Shown piece by piece: positions 11,267 through 21,000 of a stretch of DNA of 64,000 bases. The number at the start of each line of letters is the position of its first letter. Within the stretch, counting starts at the first letter, position 1. A program made the translations under genes and the position numbers. The stretch is from Crocinitomicaceae bacterium (lineage in GTDB: Bacteria > Bacteroidota > Bacteroidia > Flavobacteriales_D > Crocinitomicaceae). Under the pieces are notes generated by a model. That model was not told where the DNA came from. It worked only from the letters and a program-made list of their open reading frames with translations, and did not search any database. The stretch covers positions 12,861-76,860 of the forward strand of contig JBILOX010000006.1 in the NCBI GenBank assembly GCA_044374225.1, given 5' to 3'.

Positions 11267-11974
11267 AGATTGAGGAATCCAGTTTCTGAAAGGAGTTAAA
11301 ATTGTTTGACACGAATTATAAATGTTAGCGAAACAATAATTTGCGAATGAAGAGAAATTTAAATACTTGATTTATTTTTTACTGGTAACGAGTCTACCGA
11401 AGCAGCAAGCAAAAGAACGGCAAAATTATTAATAGCGCAATCTTTATTTTCTTCGAGTTATGAATTAATCCACATTCTTTTTTCGAGGTTCGAAAACCCC
11501 GACTAAATTTTTTTTTACAAAAAGTGTTATAATATAGTTTACTTGTCGTTATTAACAAAAACATTCTTTGACGCACGTTTACAAATCTATTTTTTATTCA
11601 CCCAAATTTAAGAATACCGGTTCGTGTGTTATTTTTTTCTAGCAGTAATAATCGGGTCAATATCCTTTTATTTTGTAAAGTACACTGTAAAAGTCACTTA
11701 AACAAAAGCGAATAAACTTACTAAAGTGCCGTATTAATTTCCTTGGTTACACTAGGAAATAGCGATGCGATAAAAGTATTGTGTGCTGAGCAGGTATCGA
11801 AATTAGATTTGGAGATTGGGTGCGTTATCGTTAATAATTTTAAATTAATAAATCAAGTAAAAATGAACAAGACAGCTTTGAAATGTATTGAAAATCTCTA
11901 CGAAGTCTTAAAAGATTGTGAGATGAATTTGGAAAATGTGGAACAGGAAGATTTAATTTTTCTATCCGATTATA

Positions 11975-12478
11975 TTAACATTTCTGCTGAAGAAACAATT
12001 TTTTAGTACAGTATCTGGTCAAACTGAATAAACCGTATTTAAACCAACTGATTGGCGCCAATGATTGACCCTTATGATGGTTTTTGGTGATGAAAAAACA
12101 TGCGAAATTGAAAATCAGAAAAGGATTCAAGAATAAAAGAAATTCACCAACACTTAAAACTCCAGCGTTCAACATTCCATTTATCGTTGCGACTACAATG
12201 ATAATGAATCCCAATTGACGAACCACTCTAATCCAAAGAGGAAGTCCGCTATTTTTGATTTTCACCACCAATATATTATAGGTAATTAACATCGCAGAAA
12301 TAATCCCATAAAAAACGATGTAAACGTTCTGATAGTTCTCATTAACCCAATCCACATTTTGTATCGAATAATACATTAGGGTTGTCAATAATGCGATAAT
12401 GATTAAAGAAATTAATGAAGTGTTAATTCTTCTCTGTTGATTCATTTCACTTCTTACATTGGCTGTTGTTGCATTCAT
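11975..12478 (-). CDS. Hypothetical multi-pass membrane protein
   Basis: 167-aa ORF with several hydrophobic segments (LISLIIIALLTTLMYY, VYIVFYGIISAMLITYNILVV, LGFIIIVVATINGML, FLLFLNPFLIFNFACFFI). No recognisable family. The 3' end overlaps a weak + strand ORF. Confidence 0.5.
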   Translation of the reverse strand: MNATTANVRSEMNQQRRINTSLISLIIIALLTTLMYYSIQNVDWVNENYQNVYIVFYGIISAMLITYNILVVKIKNSGLPLWIRVVRQLGFIIIVVATINGMLNAGVLSVGEFLLFLNPFLIFNFACFFITKNHHKGQSLAPISWFKYGLFSLTRYCTKKLFLQQKC

Positions 12479-12824
12479 AACTATAGATTTTAGGGTTAAT
12501 AATTAAAGTCAGGTGATTACTAAAAATCACCAATGATTGTAAAGCATGTCGATTAAACTTTTGTCTATCGTGGCAAATTCAGTTATTTCTCATTTAATTC
12601 GTGATACTTTTTTGATTCTTCAGAACACTGAACAAAACAATGGCTATTCGTGAAGTACGTGTCTTACAATAGGCGGGATTTTAAGACAATAATGCTAGAA
12701 ATAGGAATTCGTTACTAATAATGATATTGAAATCCATTTCTCATCATCTTTTTCACCTTCGTAATCGTATTCACATGAATTCCCACAATTCTGGAAATTT
12801 CAGAAGCTTTATTTTTCCTTTGCG

Positions 12825-13739
12825 TTATTTAACAAGTAAATTGGTATAAAACGTATACCCCTGAAAACGCAGAATCCACATAAAATTTGAATTGACTTCT
12901 TTTTGAATAGTTGAGCCCAACAACTGTGTTTTTGTATCGTATATAATTTGAAGATCTTTGGTAAATTTTTCATTTTTGTACGTGTGTTTTTCGATCACAT
13001 TTCCAAACGAATCGTATTTGAAAACCCATTCTTCATAAGGTGCTGCTAACTCACTGTGGTACATTGAAACTCTTGAAAGCAAACCTTTTTCGTTGTAGGC
13101 ATACACTTTTTTATATTCAGAAGAAGCCATTCGCATCCGTTGCGTTGTTTCAATTAAATAACCGTCCGAATTACGTTTTTCAGTTTCTTCTAAATACGGT
13201 AAATTGTAATTGTTGTAAATCACTTTTTTCCAGCCATTTTCTATTGGGAAATAGCGCATTGATTCATTATTAATCAAAAAAGATTGACGTACTTTGCCAG
13301 AGTCACCGAGTACATCCCTCCTATTTTCCACGTAAACTAAACGATTTAAGGAATCGTATCTATAATGAAATGAACTAATTCCACCATATTCACTTTTGCG
13401 ATGCATACTAATTTTCCCTTCGCTTGTGTACTGGTAAAAGTTCATTAAAGTATCGGTCTTCGTGTCAACTGTTTTTGTTTCAAAAGTCGAAATTAAATAC
13501 CCCAAACTATCGAATTTATATTCAAAAATGTCTTTGGTATTTCGAATCATATCGTTGTCTTTTTTGCGTGAATAATTCCCTCTAACTGATTTTATTTTAT
13601 TTACACGAATAAAATTTACATCGAAATAAGGCAAATCGGTGAAGGCATTACCTTCCAAATTATAAATCATTTGCGCACTCGAAAACGAAGCGAAAAGTAA
13701 AAAAACAAACAATAAAAGTTTTTGAGACGTACTTATCAA
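12825..13739 (-). CDS. Secreted hypothetical protein with YD/RHS-repeat-like motifs
   Basis: TTG start 2 nt downstream of the glyQS stop, suggesting an operon. Signal peptide MISTSQKLLLFVFLLFASFSSAQ. Recurrent YD-like motifs are present (FDSLGYLIS, YDSLNRLVYVE, SDGYLIE, YNEKGLLSRV, YDSFGNVIEKH). The last codons and the stop lie inside a solo end of the 105-bp repeat family (tttaacaagtaaattggtata). Confidence 0.7.
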   Translation of the reverse strand: MISTSQKLLLFVFLLFASFSSAQMIYNLEGNAFTDLPYFDVNFIRVNKIKSVRGNYSRKKDNDMIRNTKDIFEYKFDSLGYLISTFETKTVDTKTDTLMNFYQYTSEGKISMHRKSEYGGISSFHYRYDSLNRLVYVENRRDVLGDSGKVRQSFLINNESMRYFPIENGWKKVIYNNYNLPYLEETEKRNSDGYLIETTQRMRMASSEYKKVYAYNEKGLLSRVSMYHSELAAPYEEWVFKYDSFGNVIEKHTYKNEKFTKDLQIIYDTKTQLLGSTIQKEVNSNFMWILRFQGYTFYTNLLVK

Positions 13740-13740
13740 T

Positions 13741-15282
13741 TTATAAACTTACTAAAATGGATTTCCAACTTACTTTTTCTGCAATGATTGTTCCAAGATT
13801 TTCAATTGCCACGCGCTCTTGTTGCATCGTGTCTCTATCGCGAATTGTTACGGTGTTGTCTTCCAAAGTTTGGTGGTCCACTGTTATTGCGAAAGGTGTT
13901 CCAATTGCATCTTGACGACGGTATCTTCTTCCGATTGCGTCTTTTTCGTCGTATTGAACGTTGTAGTCGAATTGTAAATCACGAAGAATTTCACGTGCTT
14001 TTTCTGGCAACCCGTCTTTTTTAATCAATGGTAAAATCGCTGCTTTATAAGGCGCAAGTACTGCTGGAATTTTTAAAACCACACGTTCTGAACCGTCTTC
14101 TAATTTTTCGTTTTGGTAAGCAGCACTCAGCACAGACAAGAACATTCTGTCCAAACCAACAGACGTTTCAACCACATACGGAACGTAACTTTGATTCATT
14201 TCTGGATCGAAGAATTGCAGTTTTTTACCTGAAAATTGCTCGTGTTGTTTCAAATCGAAATCGGTGCGCGAGTGAATTCCTTCCAATTCTTTGAATCCCA
14301 TTGGGAAATTGTACTCGATATCTGCTGCTGCGTTAGCGTAATGTGCCAATTTGATGTGGTCGTGGAAACGGTATAAATTATCACCTAAGCCAAGGTTTTT
14401 ATGCCATTTTGCACGCGCATCTTTCCAGTATTCGTACCATTTCATTTCTTCTCCTGGACGCACAAAAAATTGCATTTCCATTTGTTCAAATTCGCGCATT
14501 CTGAAAATAAACTGTCGCGCAACAATCTCGTTTCTAAACGCTTTTCCGATCTGTGCGATTCCAAAAGGAATTTTCATTCTTCCTGATTTTTGCACATTTA
14601 AGAAGTTCACAAAAATACCTTGAGCTGTTTCTGGGCGCAAATAAATCGTGGAAGCATCACCAGCAACAGAACCCAATTCGGTAGAAAACATCAAGTTGAA
14701 TTGGCGCACTTCTGTCCAGTTTTTAGAACCCGAAACCGGACAAACTATTTCTAAATCGATAATTAAATTACGAACACCATCCAAATCATTGTTTTCCAAC
14801 GCGGTGCGCATTCTATTTTCGATTTCTTCGATTTTCAAGAGGTTTCTCAATACGTTTGGATTCGTTGCCCGGAATTGAGCCTCGTCAAACGATTCACCAA
14901 ATTTCTTGATGCCTTTTTCAACCTCTTTCTCAATTTTCTGACGGATTTTCTCCATGTGTTCTTCCAATAGAACATCTGCGCGGTATCTTTTTTTAGAATC
15001 TTTGTTATCAATCAATGGGTCGTTGAACGCATCCACGTGACCTGAAGCTTTCCAAGTGGTTGGGTGCATAAAAATCGCTGCGTCAATTCCCACAATGTTT
15101 TCGTGCATTTGCACCATGGATTTCCACCAATACGTTTTGATATTATTTTTCAATTCGGAGCCCAACTGACCGTAGTCATAAGTGGCAGCCAATCCGTCGT
15201 AAATTTCTGATGAAGGAAAAACGAAACCATACTCTTTCGCATGGGAAATAATGTCTTTTAATTTGTCTTGATTTTGTTCCAT
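13741..15282 (-). CDS. glyQS: Glycine--tRNA ligase (homodimeric class II GlyRS)
   Basis: 513 aa. The N-terminus KDIISHAKEYGFVFPSSEIYDGLAATYDYGQLGSELKNNIKTYWW and the overall length and layout are typical of bacterial alpha2 GlyRS. Confidence 0.95.
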   Translation of the reverse strand: MEQNQDKLKDIISHAKEYGFVFPSSEIYDGLAATYDYGQLGSELKNNIKTYWWKSMVQMHENIVGIDAAIFMHPTTWKASGHVDAFNDPLIDNKDSKKRYRADVLLEEHMEKIRQKIEKEVEKGIKKFGESFDEAQFRATNPNVLRNLLKIEEIENRMRTALENNDLDGVRNLIIDLEIVCPVSGSKNWTEVRQFNLMFSTELGSVAGDASTIYLRPETAQGIFVNFLNVQKSGRMKIPFGIAQIGKAFRNEIVARQFIFRMREFEQMEMQFFVRPGEEMKWYEYWKDARAKWHKNLGLGDNLYRFHDHIKLAHYANAAADIEYNFPMGFKELEGIHSRTDFDLKQHEQFSGKKLQFFDPEMNQSYVPYVVETSVGLDRMFLSVLSAAYQNEKLEDGSERVVLKIPAVLAPYKAAILPLIKKDGLPEKAREILRDLQFDYNVQYDEKDAIGRRYRRQDAIGTPFAITVDHQTLEDNTVTIRDRDTMQQERVAIENLGTIIAEKVSWKSILVSL

Positions 15283-15286
15283 GCTG

Positions 15287-15294
15287 CAAAGATA
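15287..15294 (-). promoter_or_regulatory. Candidate Bacteroidetes -7 box (TAnnTTTG) for glyQS
   Basis: The plus strand reads CAAAGATA, which is TATCTTTG on the minus strand. It lies only 4 nt upstream of the glyQS ATG, implying a leaderless or near-leaderless mRNA. Confidence 0.45.
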
Positions 15295-15389
15295 AGCTAG
15301 ATATTAGAAGTGATTATGTGCAAGCGGAAACAATTTCAACATCGAAGTATTGAAAGTGGGAATTAGACTTGTATTTTTCAAATCTTTAT

Positions 15390-15397
15390 TACATTTG
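15390..15397 (+). promoter_or_regulatory. Candidate -7 box (TACATTTG) for the cyclase-like gene
   Basis: Matches TAnnTTTG and lies 4 nt upstream of the ATG at 15402. Confidence 0.45.
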
Positions 15398-15401
15398 ATT
15401 T

Positions 15402-16163
15402 ATGCGACTATATCTGAACGAAAAAGAATACATTGAAACGAATGAACCTTTGGATCTTTCCATTGGTTTGCAAGCAGGAGAAGGAAATTTAAGAGCTTGG
15501 TATGTGAATCCTCCAACTTTTGAACCTGTTCGTGCTAATGGTTTTATTGGAAGCGTAAAAGAGGGTGGTGGTGTAAACTTTCGCGATGTGTTTTTTAACC
15601 CACACGGACATGGTACGCATACAGAATGCCATGGTCACATTACACCTGAAGTTGTTTCCGTTAATCAAAAGTTACGCTCGTATTTTTTTAAAGCAAGAGT
15701 GGTTTCCGTTCAACCAGAAATTTTGGAAAATGGTGATGAATTAATAACAAAAAATCTGTTCGCGGAAAAAATTGACGATTCACCCTTCGAAGCTTTGATT
15801 ATTCGAACACTTCAAAATTCGTTTGATAAAACTTCCAAAAATTATTCTGACACCAATCCACCTTATTTGGACTTATCCGTTATGGAAATTATTGAAAAGC
15901 ATGATATTCAACATTTATTAGTCGATATGCCTTCTGTTGACAGGGAATCTGATGAGGGTAAATTGGCCTTTCACCACGCATTTTGGAATGTTCCCGAAAA
16001 TCCGAATGACAAAACGATCACTGAATTGATTTATGTTAAAGATGAAATCATAGATGGGTTATACATTTTAGAAATGCAAATGGCTCCTTTTGAGAATGAT
16101 GCGAGTCCTAGTCGCCCTGTTCTTTACAAAATACAGGGTAGGGAAAAGTTCCGCAGGATTTGA
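15402..16163 (+). CDS. Putative cyclase / arylformamidase-family protein
   Basis: 253 aa. The motif HGHGTHTECHGH resembles the HxGTHxDxPxH metal-binding signature of the putative cyclase (kynurenine formamidase-like) family. The last six codons and the TGA stop (EKFRRI*) are supplied by the palindromic repeat at 16145. Confidence 0.65.
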   Translation: MRLYLNEKEYIETNEPLDLSIGLQAGEGNLRAWYVNPPTFEPVRANGFIGSVKEGGGVNFRDVFFNPHGHGTHTECHGHITPEVVSVNQKLRSYFFKARVVSVQPEILENGDELITKNLFAEKIDDSPFEALIIRTLQNSFDKTSKNYSDTNPPYLDLSVMEIIEKHDIQHLLVDMPSVDRESDEGKLAFHHAFWNVPENPNDKTITELIYVKDEIIDGLYILEMQMAPFENDASPSRPVLYKIQGREKFRRI

Positions 16164-16197
16164 AAGTTCTGCAGGATTTGAAATCCTGCGGAACTTT
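16145..16197 (+). repeat. Palindromic junction repeat, copy 1 (one extra left half-site plus a ~29-35-nt palindrome followed by a T-run)
   Basis: aaagttccgcaggatttga / aagttctgcaggatttgaaatcctgcggaactttttt. Same family as the copies at 21725, 23257 and 24819. The stem plus T6 resembles an intrinsic terminator. Confidence 0.9.
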
Positions 16198-16831
16198 TTT
16201 CCACTATTTCTCCAACGTTCTAAATCTAAAAGTACTTTACGATTCATTTTCTATAATAATTTGGATGTTACATTACATTATTTATCCGTCTAAAAACACA
16301 AAGTAAAGGCAAATTATTTTTTTACTTCTGATTAGAAAAAAATCAAACCACAGAGTAAACGGAGGATGCAGAGATGAATTAACAACTAAAAAAGTAATTT
16401 TTTTTTGTTTGCTTCTTTTGTGAAAATGTATTTGATTCACTTTGACAAACTAAGGTATTTAAAAAAAAAATGTTTTTTTTCTCCTTTAACTCTTTGATCC
16501 TCTGCGGTAAAAACAACATAATCTTCTGTTTTATTTTTCTAATTATTGTAATCGAAAAGGATACAAGAAAATTGGTTCTCCCAATACTTATGTTAGAAAA
16601 TGAACAAAATTTCAAACTGCAAACTGATTGTACTACCTTGATTTTTCTTTGCACCGATGATGGAAAATTCTATCTGAGGTGGAATCTTGCGAGCCAGATG
16701 CGCGAGAAAGTAGAATTGTCACTAATGAAATGAATCTATTTCTTTTGGTTGAAAGCAATTGCAAAAAAAAATGTTTGCAAAATGTTTAATGTAATCGGGA
16801 CAAATCTCCTTCTCACTCTACTTAGTGGTAT

Positions 16832-17314
16832 ATGCATTTAGAAAAACTGAGAAAATTCATTCATTTGGTGGAGCGCAAGCAGACGGGAAAACCTGCTGAT
16901 GTTGCAAAGATATTAGGCGTTTCGGAGCGAATGATTTACAATTACACCAATTTTATTCGCAAAGAGTTGAATGCTCCCATTGTGTGGAATAACTTCAAGC
17001 AAAGCTATTTGTTTGCTGAAAGTGGCGTTTTGATTTGGAAATACAATAAAAATCATTCTATTGAACAAACAGATGCTGTATTTAATAACAAGCAACTGGC
17101 AACCTTGAACCGCATTTATTTGGGAATTAAACAAAACAATATCGTTTCTGCCGCTCAGTTTGCAAAGCAACTTGATATATCAGAACGCAGTTTTTTTAAT
17201 TATTTAAACGTGCTTAAAAACGAATTTCAGTGCCCTTTAATTTTTGACAAAAGCAGCAACAGCTACCAATTCAAACAAACTGGAAATTTGAACTTAAAAT
17301 GGCAAGCAAAATAA
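16832..17314 (+). CDS. Transcriptional regulator made of two tandem HTH modules
   Basis: 160 aa with a clear internal duplication: GKPADVAKILGVSERMIYNYTNFIRKELNAPIVWNNFKQSYLF versus VSAAQFAKQLDISERSFFNYLNVLKNEFQCPLIFDKSSNSYQF. The modules are HTH_11 / YafY-N-terminal-like. Confidence 0.75.
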   Translation: MHLEKLRKFIHLVERKQTGKPADVAKILGVSERMIYNYTNFIRKELNAPIVWNNFKQSYLFAESGVLIWKYNKNHSIEQTDAVFNNKQLATLNRIYLGIKQNNIVSAAQFAKQLDISERSFFNYLNVLKNEFQCPLIFDKSSNSYQFKQTGNLNLKWQAK

Positions 17315-17370
17315 TTTTTAGACTGCAAAGTGGTTGCAGTTGATTGATTTAAAATTGCAAAACCAAAAAA

Positions 17371-17425
17371 GACTTACTGCTGATTTCAGTAAGAGCGAAA
17401 CCCGAAAAGCTGGAGAGTAAGGGGG
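17371..17425 (+). repeat. Conserved 55-nt leader motif, copy 1 (possible cis-regulatory RNA)
   Basis: gacttactgctgatttcagtaagagcgaaacccgaaaagctggagagtaaggggg, about 90% identical to 27760-27815. It contains the hairpin cttactg/cagtaag and a second gtaag that could pair alternatively. It ends 25 nt upstream of the ATG at 17450. Confidence 0.7.
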
Positions 17426-17449
17426 AAATTGTTAATTAAATAAAAAAAG

Positions 17450-18001
17450 ATGCTGGAAATTTTACGAATTGCAATTAAGAATATTAACGAAAAATATTTT
17501 TTCAGAAAGGAACGTGATTTTTCTCACGAATTATACCATCAAATACGATTACAAAAGCTACCACTTGATACAGAAGTAACTTGCGAACATCCCAAAAGAA
17601 GATTCTCACATAGTGATACAATTTTTGAAGATCCGCTAGTTAAGCGTTATTTCTTCGCTGATGAAATCGATGAAGCAAAAAAGATTTTTCGATATCCAGA
17701 CTTGCTGATTCATGAGTTTGAAAATAGAACCCAACAATTGCTGGCGGTTGAAATAAAAAAACAATTTAATGTATCCCAAATTAAACGGGATTTGGCGAAA
17801 CTTATAGTTTATTGCAGAGGGCGCTTGAGATACAAAAACGGGGTGTTAATTATTACTCAACAAGCAAATACCAGACGAATAATTGAAGTGCGCGACATTA
17901 GAGAAATGCTTAGGAAATATCCCGAAGTAGAAATTTGGACGGTTTGTCCTGAAAGAATTGATGTTTATAATTCAATAACTATTAATAACCAAAATCAATA
18001 A
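17450..18001 (+). CDS. Hypothetical protein with PD-(D/E)xK nuclease-like motifs
   Basis: 183 aa. FRYPDLLIHEF ... LLAVEIKKQF gives D-(x17)-E-x-K with plausible beta-strand context, and an upstream acidic helix is present (FSHELYHQI). The stop lies 3 nt before the next start codon. Confidence 0.6.
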   Translation: MLEILRIAIKNINEKYFFRKERDFSHELYHQIRLQKLPLDTEVTCEHPKRRFSHSDTIFEDPLVKRYFFADEIDEAKKIFRYPDLLIHEFENRTQQLLAVEIKKQFNVSQIKRDLAKLIVYCRGRLRYKNGVLIITQQANTRRIIEVRDIREMLRKYPEVEIWTVCPERIDVYNSITINNQNQ

Positions 18002-18003
18002 CA

Positions 18004-21000
18004 ATGAAAAAAATAATTTTATTATTATTTACTGGAATATGTCTAATTTCTTTCGGTCAGCAGTTTAAAGCGGATTTAACTTTTAACACTGGAATTGGTT
18101 TTGACCAAGGTGTGACAGACATAATAACACAACAAGACGGAAAAATAATTGTTGGAGGAAGGTTTGAATTATATGGAATGAATACAACGTATACTAGACG
18201 TATAGCACGTTTGAATTCAAATGGTTCACTTGATAATACATTCAATACTGGATCTGGATTTAACAATGACGTAACATCTTTAGCCATTCAGACTGATGGT
18301 AAGATAGTTGTTGGAGGTGAGTTTTCATCTTTCAATGGAATAGCAAGAAATCGTATTGCACGTTTGAATAATGACGGATCACTTGATACCACGTTCAATC
18401 CGGGTTCAGGATTTTTTAACGGATTTGATTTCTGTAGTGTCTATTCTATTAGTATTCAGTCTGACGATAAGTTAATTGTTGGAGGTGGGTTTTCTTCTTT
18501 CAATGGGGTATCAAGAAAATGTATTGCACGTTTGAATAATGACGGTTCCCTTGATGCCACGTTCAATCCGGGTTCAGGATTTTTTAACCAATTTGATTTC
18601 TGTAATGTCTCTTCTACTAGTATTCAGTTTGATGGTAAGTTAATTGTTGGAGGTGGGTTTTCATCTTTCAATGGTATAGGAAGAAATAATATCTTACGTT
18701 TGAATAGTGATGGTTCACTGGATAATACATTCAATCCTGGTAGTGGATTTGATACAGAGGTGAGTTCCACTGCAATACAGTCTGATGGAAAATTAATTGT
18801 TGGAGGTGGGTTTACGTCATTCAACGGAATATCAAGAAACGGCATTACGCGATTGAATTCTGATGGATCAATAGACAATTCTTTTAATATTGGTTCTGGT
18901 TGCAGTGGATCAATACCTTCGGTTTTATCTTTAGCAATTCAGACAGATGGAAAGATTTTAATAGGTGGCTTATTTACATCATTCAATGGAATTAATATTA
19001 AAAGTATTGCAAGATTAAATATTAATGGAACTCTAGATAATTCATTCAATACAGGGACAGGCTTTATTGATTCAAATAACGGTCCTGGTTTTATTTCATC
19101 AATTTTAACATTATCTGATGATAAATTTGTTGCTACTGGTGAATATTCTAGTTTTAATGGAGTTAATAGAAATAAAATTTCAAGAATAATTGATTGTAGT
19201 TCTAATTCATCAAATAATATAGCAAATGTCACGGTTTGCGATTTAACAGTTATCCAAATTGGAAATCAAAATTATGCCACATCGAATAGCTATACATGGC
19301 CATTAAATGGAGAAACCTATTATGAGACTGGTCAATACAATACAAATATTACAATTAATTCTGTTGGATGTGATTCTGTCAATACACTAGACTTAAATTT
19401 TCATCAAAATTGGCGAGAAACTTCAATATTAGCCTGTTATTTAGATACTTTTTATATTGATGGATATGGTTATATTTCAAATCAGTCTGGATATTTCTTT
19501 GCTTATTCAAATCAACCGGCATTATACGGTTGTGACTCTTTGGTTATATATGATTTAACCTCAATTTCGCCTATTTATAACTCCTTTAATGTATCTATTT
19601 GTCCCGGTTCAAGTTATACTTGGAATGGTCAGCAGTATAATTCGGATGGTCAATTCCAACAAACTTTTTCAAGTTTAATAACTGGTTGTGATAGTATTGT
19701 AACTTTGAATCTTTCATATATCTTACCAGTTTATACATCATTTAACGTATCAATATGTCCTAGCTCAAGTTATATTTGGAATGGCCAACAATATAATTCA
19801 CCTGGGCAATATCAGCAATCTTTTTCAAGTTTCCTAACAGGTTGTGATAGTATTTCAACATTGAATCTTTCTTTTGTACCAAATAATTTCAACCCAACCT
19901 TCTCAAGCGCTCAACAATTGTACACTGCTCCTCCATTTGCTGTGCAGTTTACCAATTCAACGGCCAATCCTTCCAATTATTCATTTACATGGGATTTCGG
20001 AGATGGTACAACATTGGCATCTAACAATGCAACGGTTTTTCATCAGTATTTGTACAATGGACAATATACACTTTCATTGATTGCTACTAGCAACACAACA
20101 GGTTGTTCCGATACTACTACTCTTTCTGATTATATTTTCTGTACGGGTGGTGTGAGTTGTACGCATGTAGCAACAATTAATCAAACGAGTCCACAACAAG
20201 CGTGTCAAGGAACACCACTTTGGTTGTCGTGTAATAACGATCCTTCATTTACATACCAATGGAGAAGAAATGGTGTAACTATTCCAGGAAATAACAACGA
20301 CAGTTTGGCTGTAACACAATCAGGCACTTATTCTGTAATAATTTCGGTAAACAATTGTCCAATTACTTCAGGAGATGTGGTGGTAACAATTTTTTCTGCT
20401 CCATCAACTCCGATTATTACTTCTTCAGGAGCAATTCAACCATGTGTGGGAGGTTCGGTTACTTTGAATGCCGGAAGTTACACTACTTACAACTGGTCAA
20501 CAGGAGCAACAACACAAAGTATCAATGTTAACTCTTCAGGAACTTACTCGGTTTCTGTAACTGGAGCTAATGGTTGTTCGGCTTCTTCTACTCCATTTAA
20601 TGTAAATGCTTCTTTTGTTGCGCCTCCACAAGTTTGTATCGTTGGAATGGATTCATTAACAAACGAAAACAGAATCGTTTGGGAAAAACCGTTGACTTTG
20701 GGTATTGATTCATTCTACGTTTATAAAGAAAGTAATGTATCCAATGTTTACACAAAAATCGGCGCAACAGATTACAATCAATTAGCAGTTTTCTTAGATG
20801 CTAATTCAAATCCTGCTGTTCAAGCCTATCGTTATAAAATCTCAGCTTTAGATACATGTGGAACTGAATCAAACGTTGGAGATTTTCACAAAACCATACA
20901 CTTAACTATTAACCAAGGAGTTGGGAATTCTTGGAATTTAATTTGGAGTCATTATGAAGGTTTAACTTTTGGAAGTTATAGAATTTACAGGGGAACGAGC

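Noticed and set aside
11394-11576. tRNA-like (ggttcgaaaacc) or SRP-RNA-like (gaagcagcaagc) strings, and a 60-aa minus-strand ORF, in the 700-bp intergenic region after the giant gene
   Set aside because: No cloverleaf arms surround the T-loop-like string. The conserved SRP GGUCCGGAAGGAAGCAGC core is absent. The ORF is lysine- and leucine-rich low complexity with no start context.
11743-12006. 87-aa + strand ORF overlapping the 3' end of the membrane-protein gene
   Set aside because: It has a TTG start with no promoter or family support. Only a 47-codon ATG-initiated part (from 11863) remains plausible. It may be a small acidic protein, but the evidence is too weak to call.
16379-16733. Overlapping 91-aa (minus) and 87-aa (plus) ORFs upstream of the HTH regulator
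   Set aside because: They are AT-rich, homopolymer-laden and mutually overlapping, with implausible composition. The region is treated as a regulatory or non-coding spacer.
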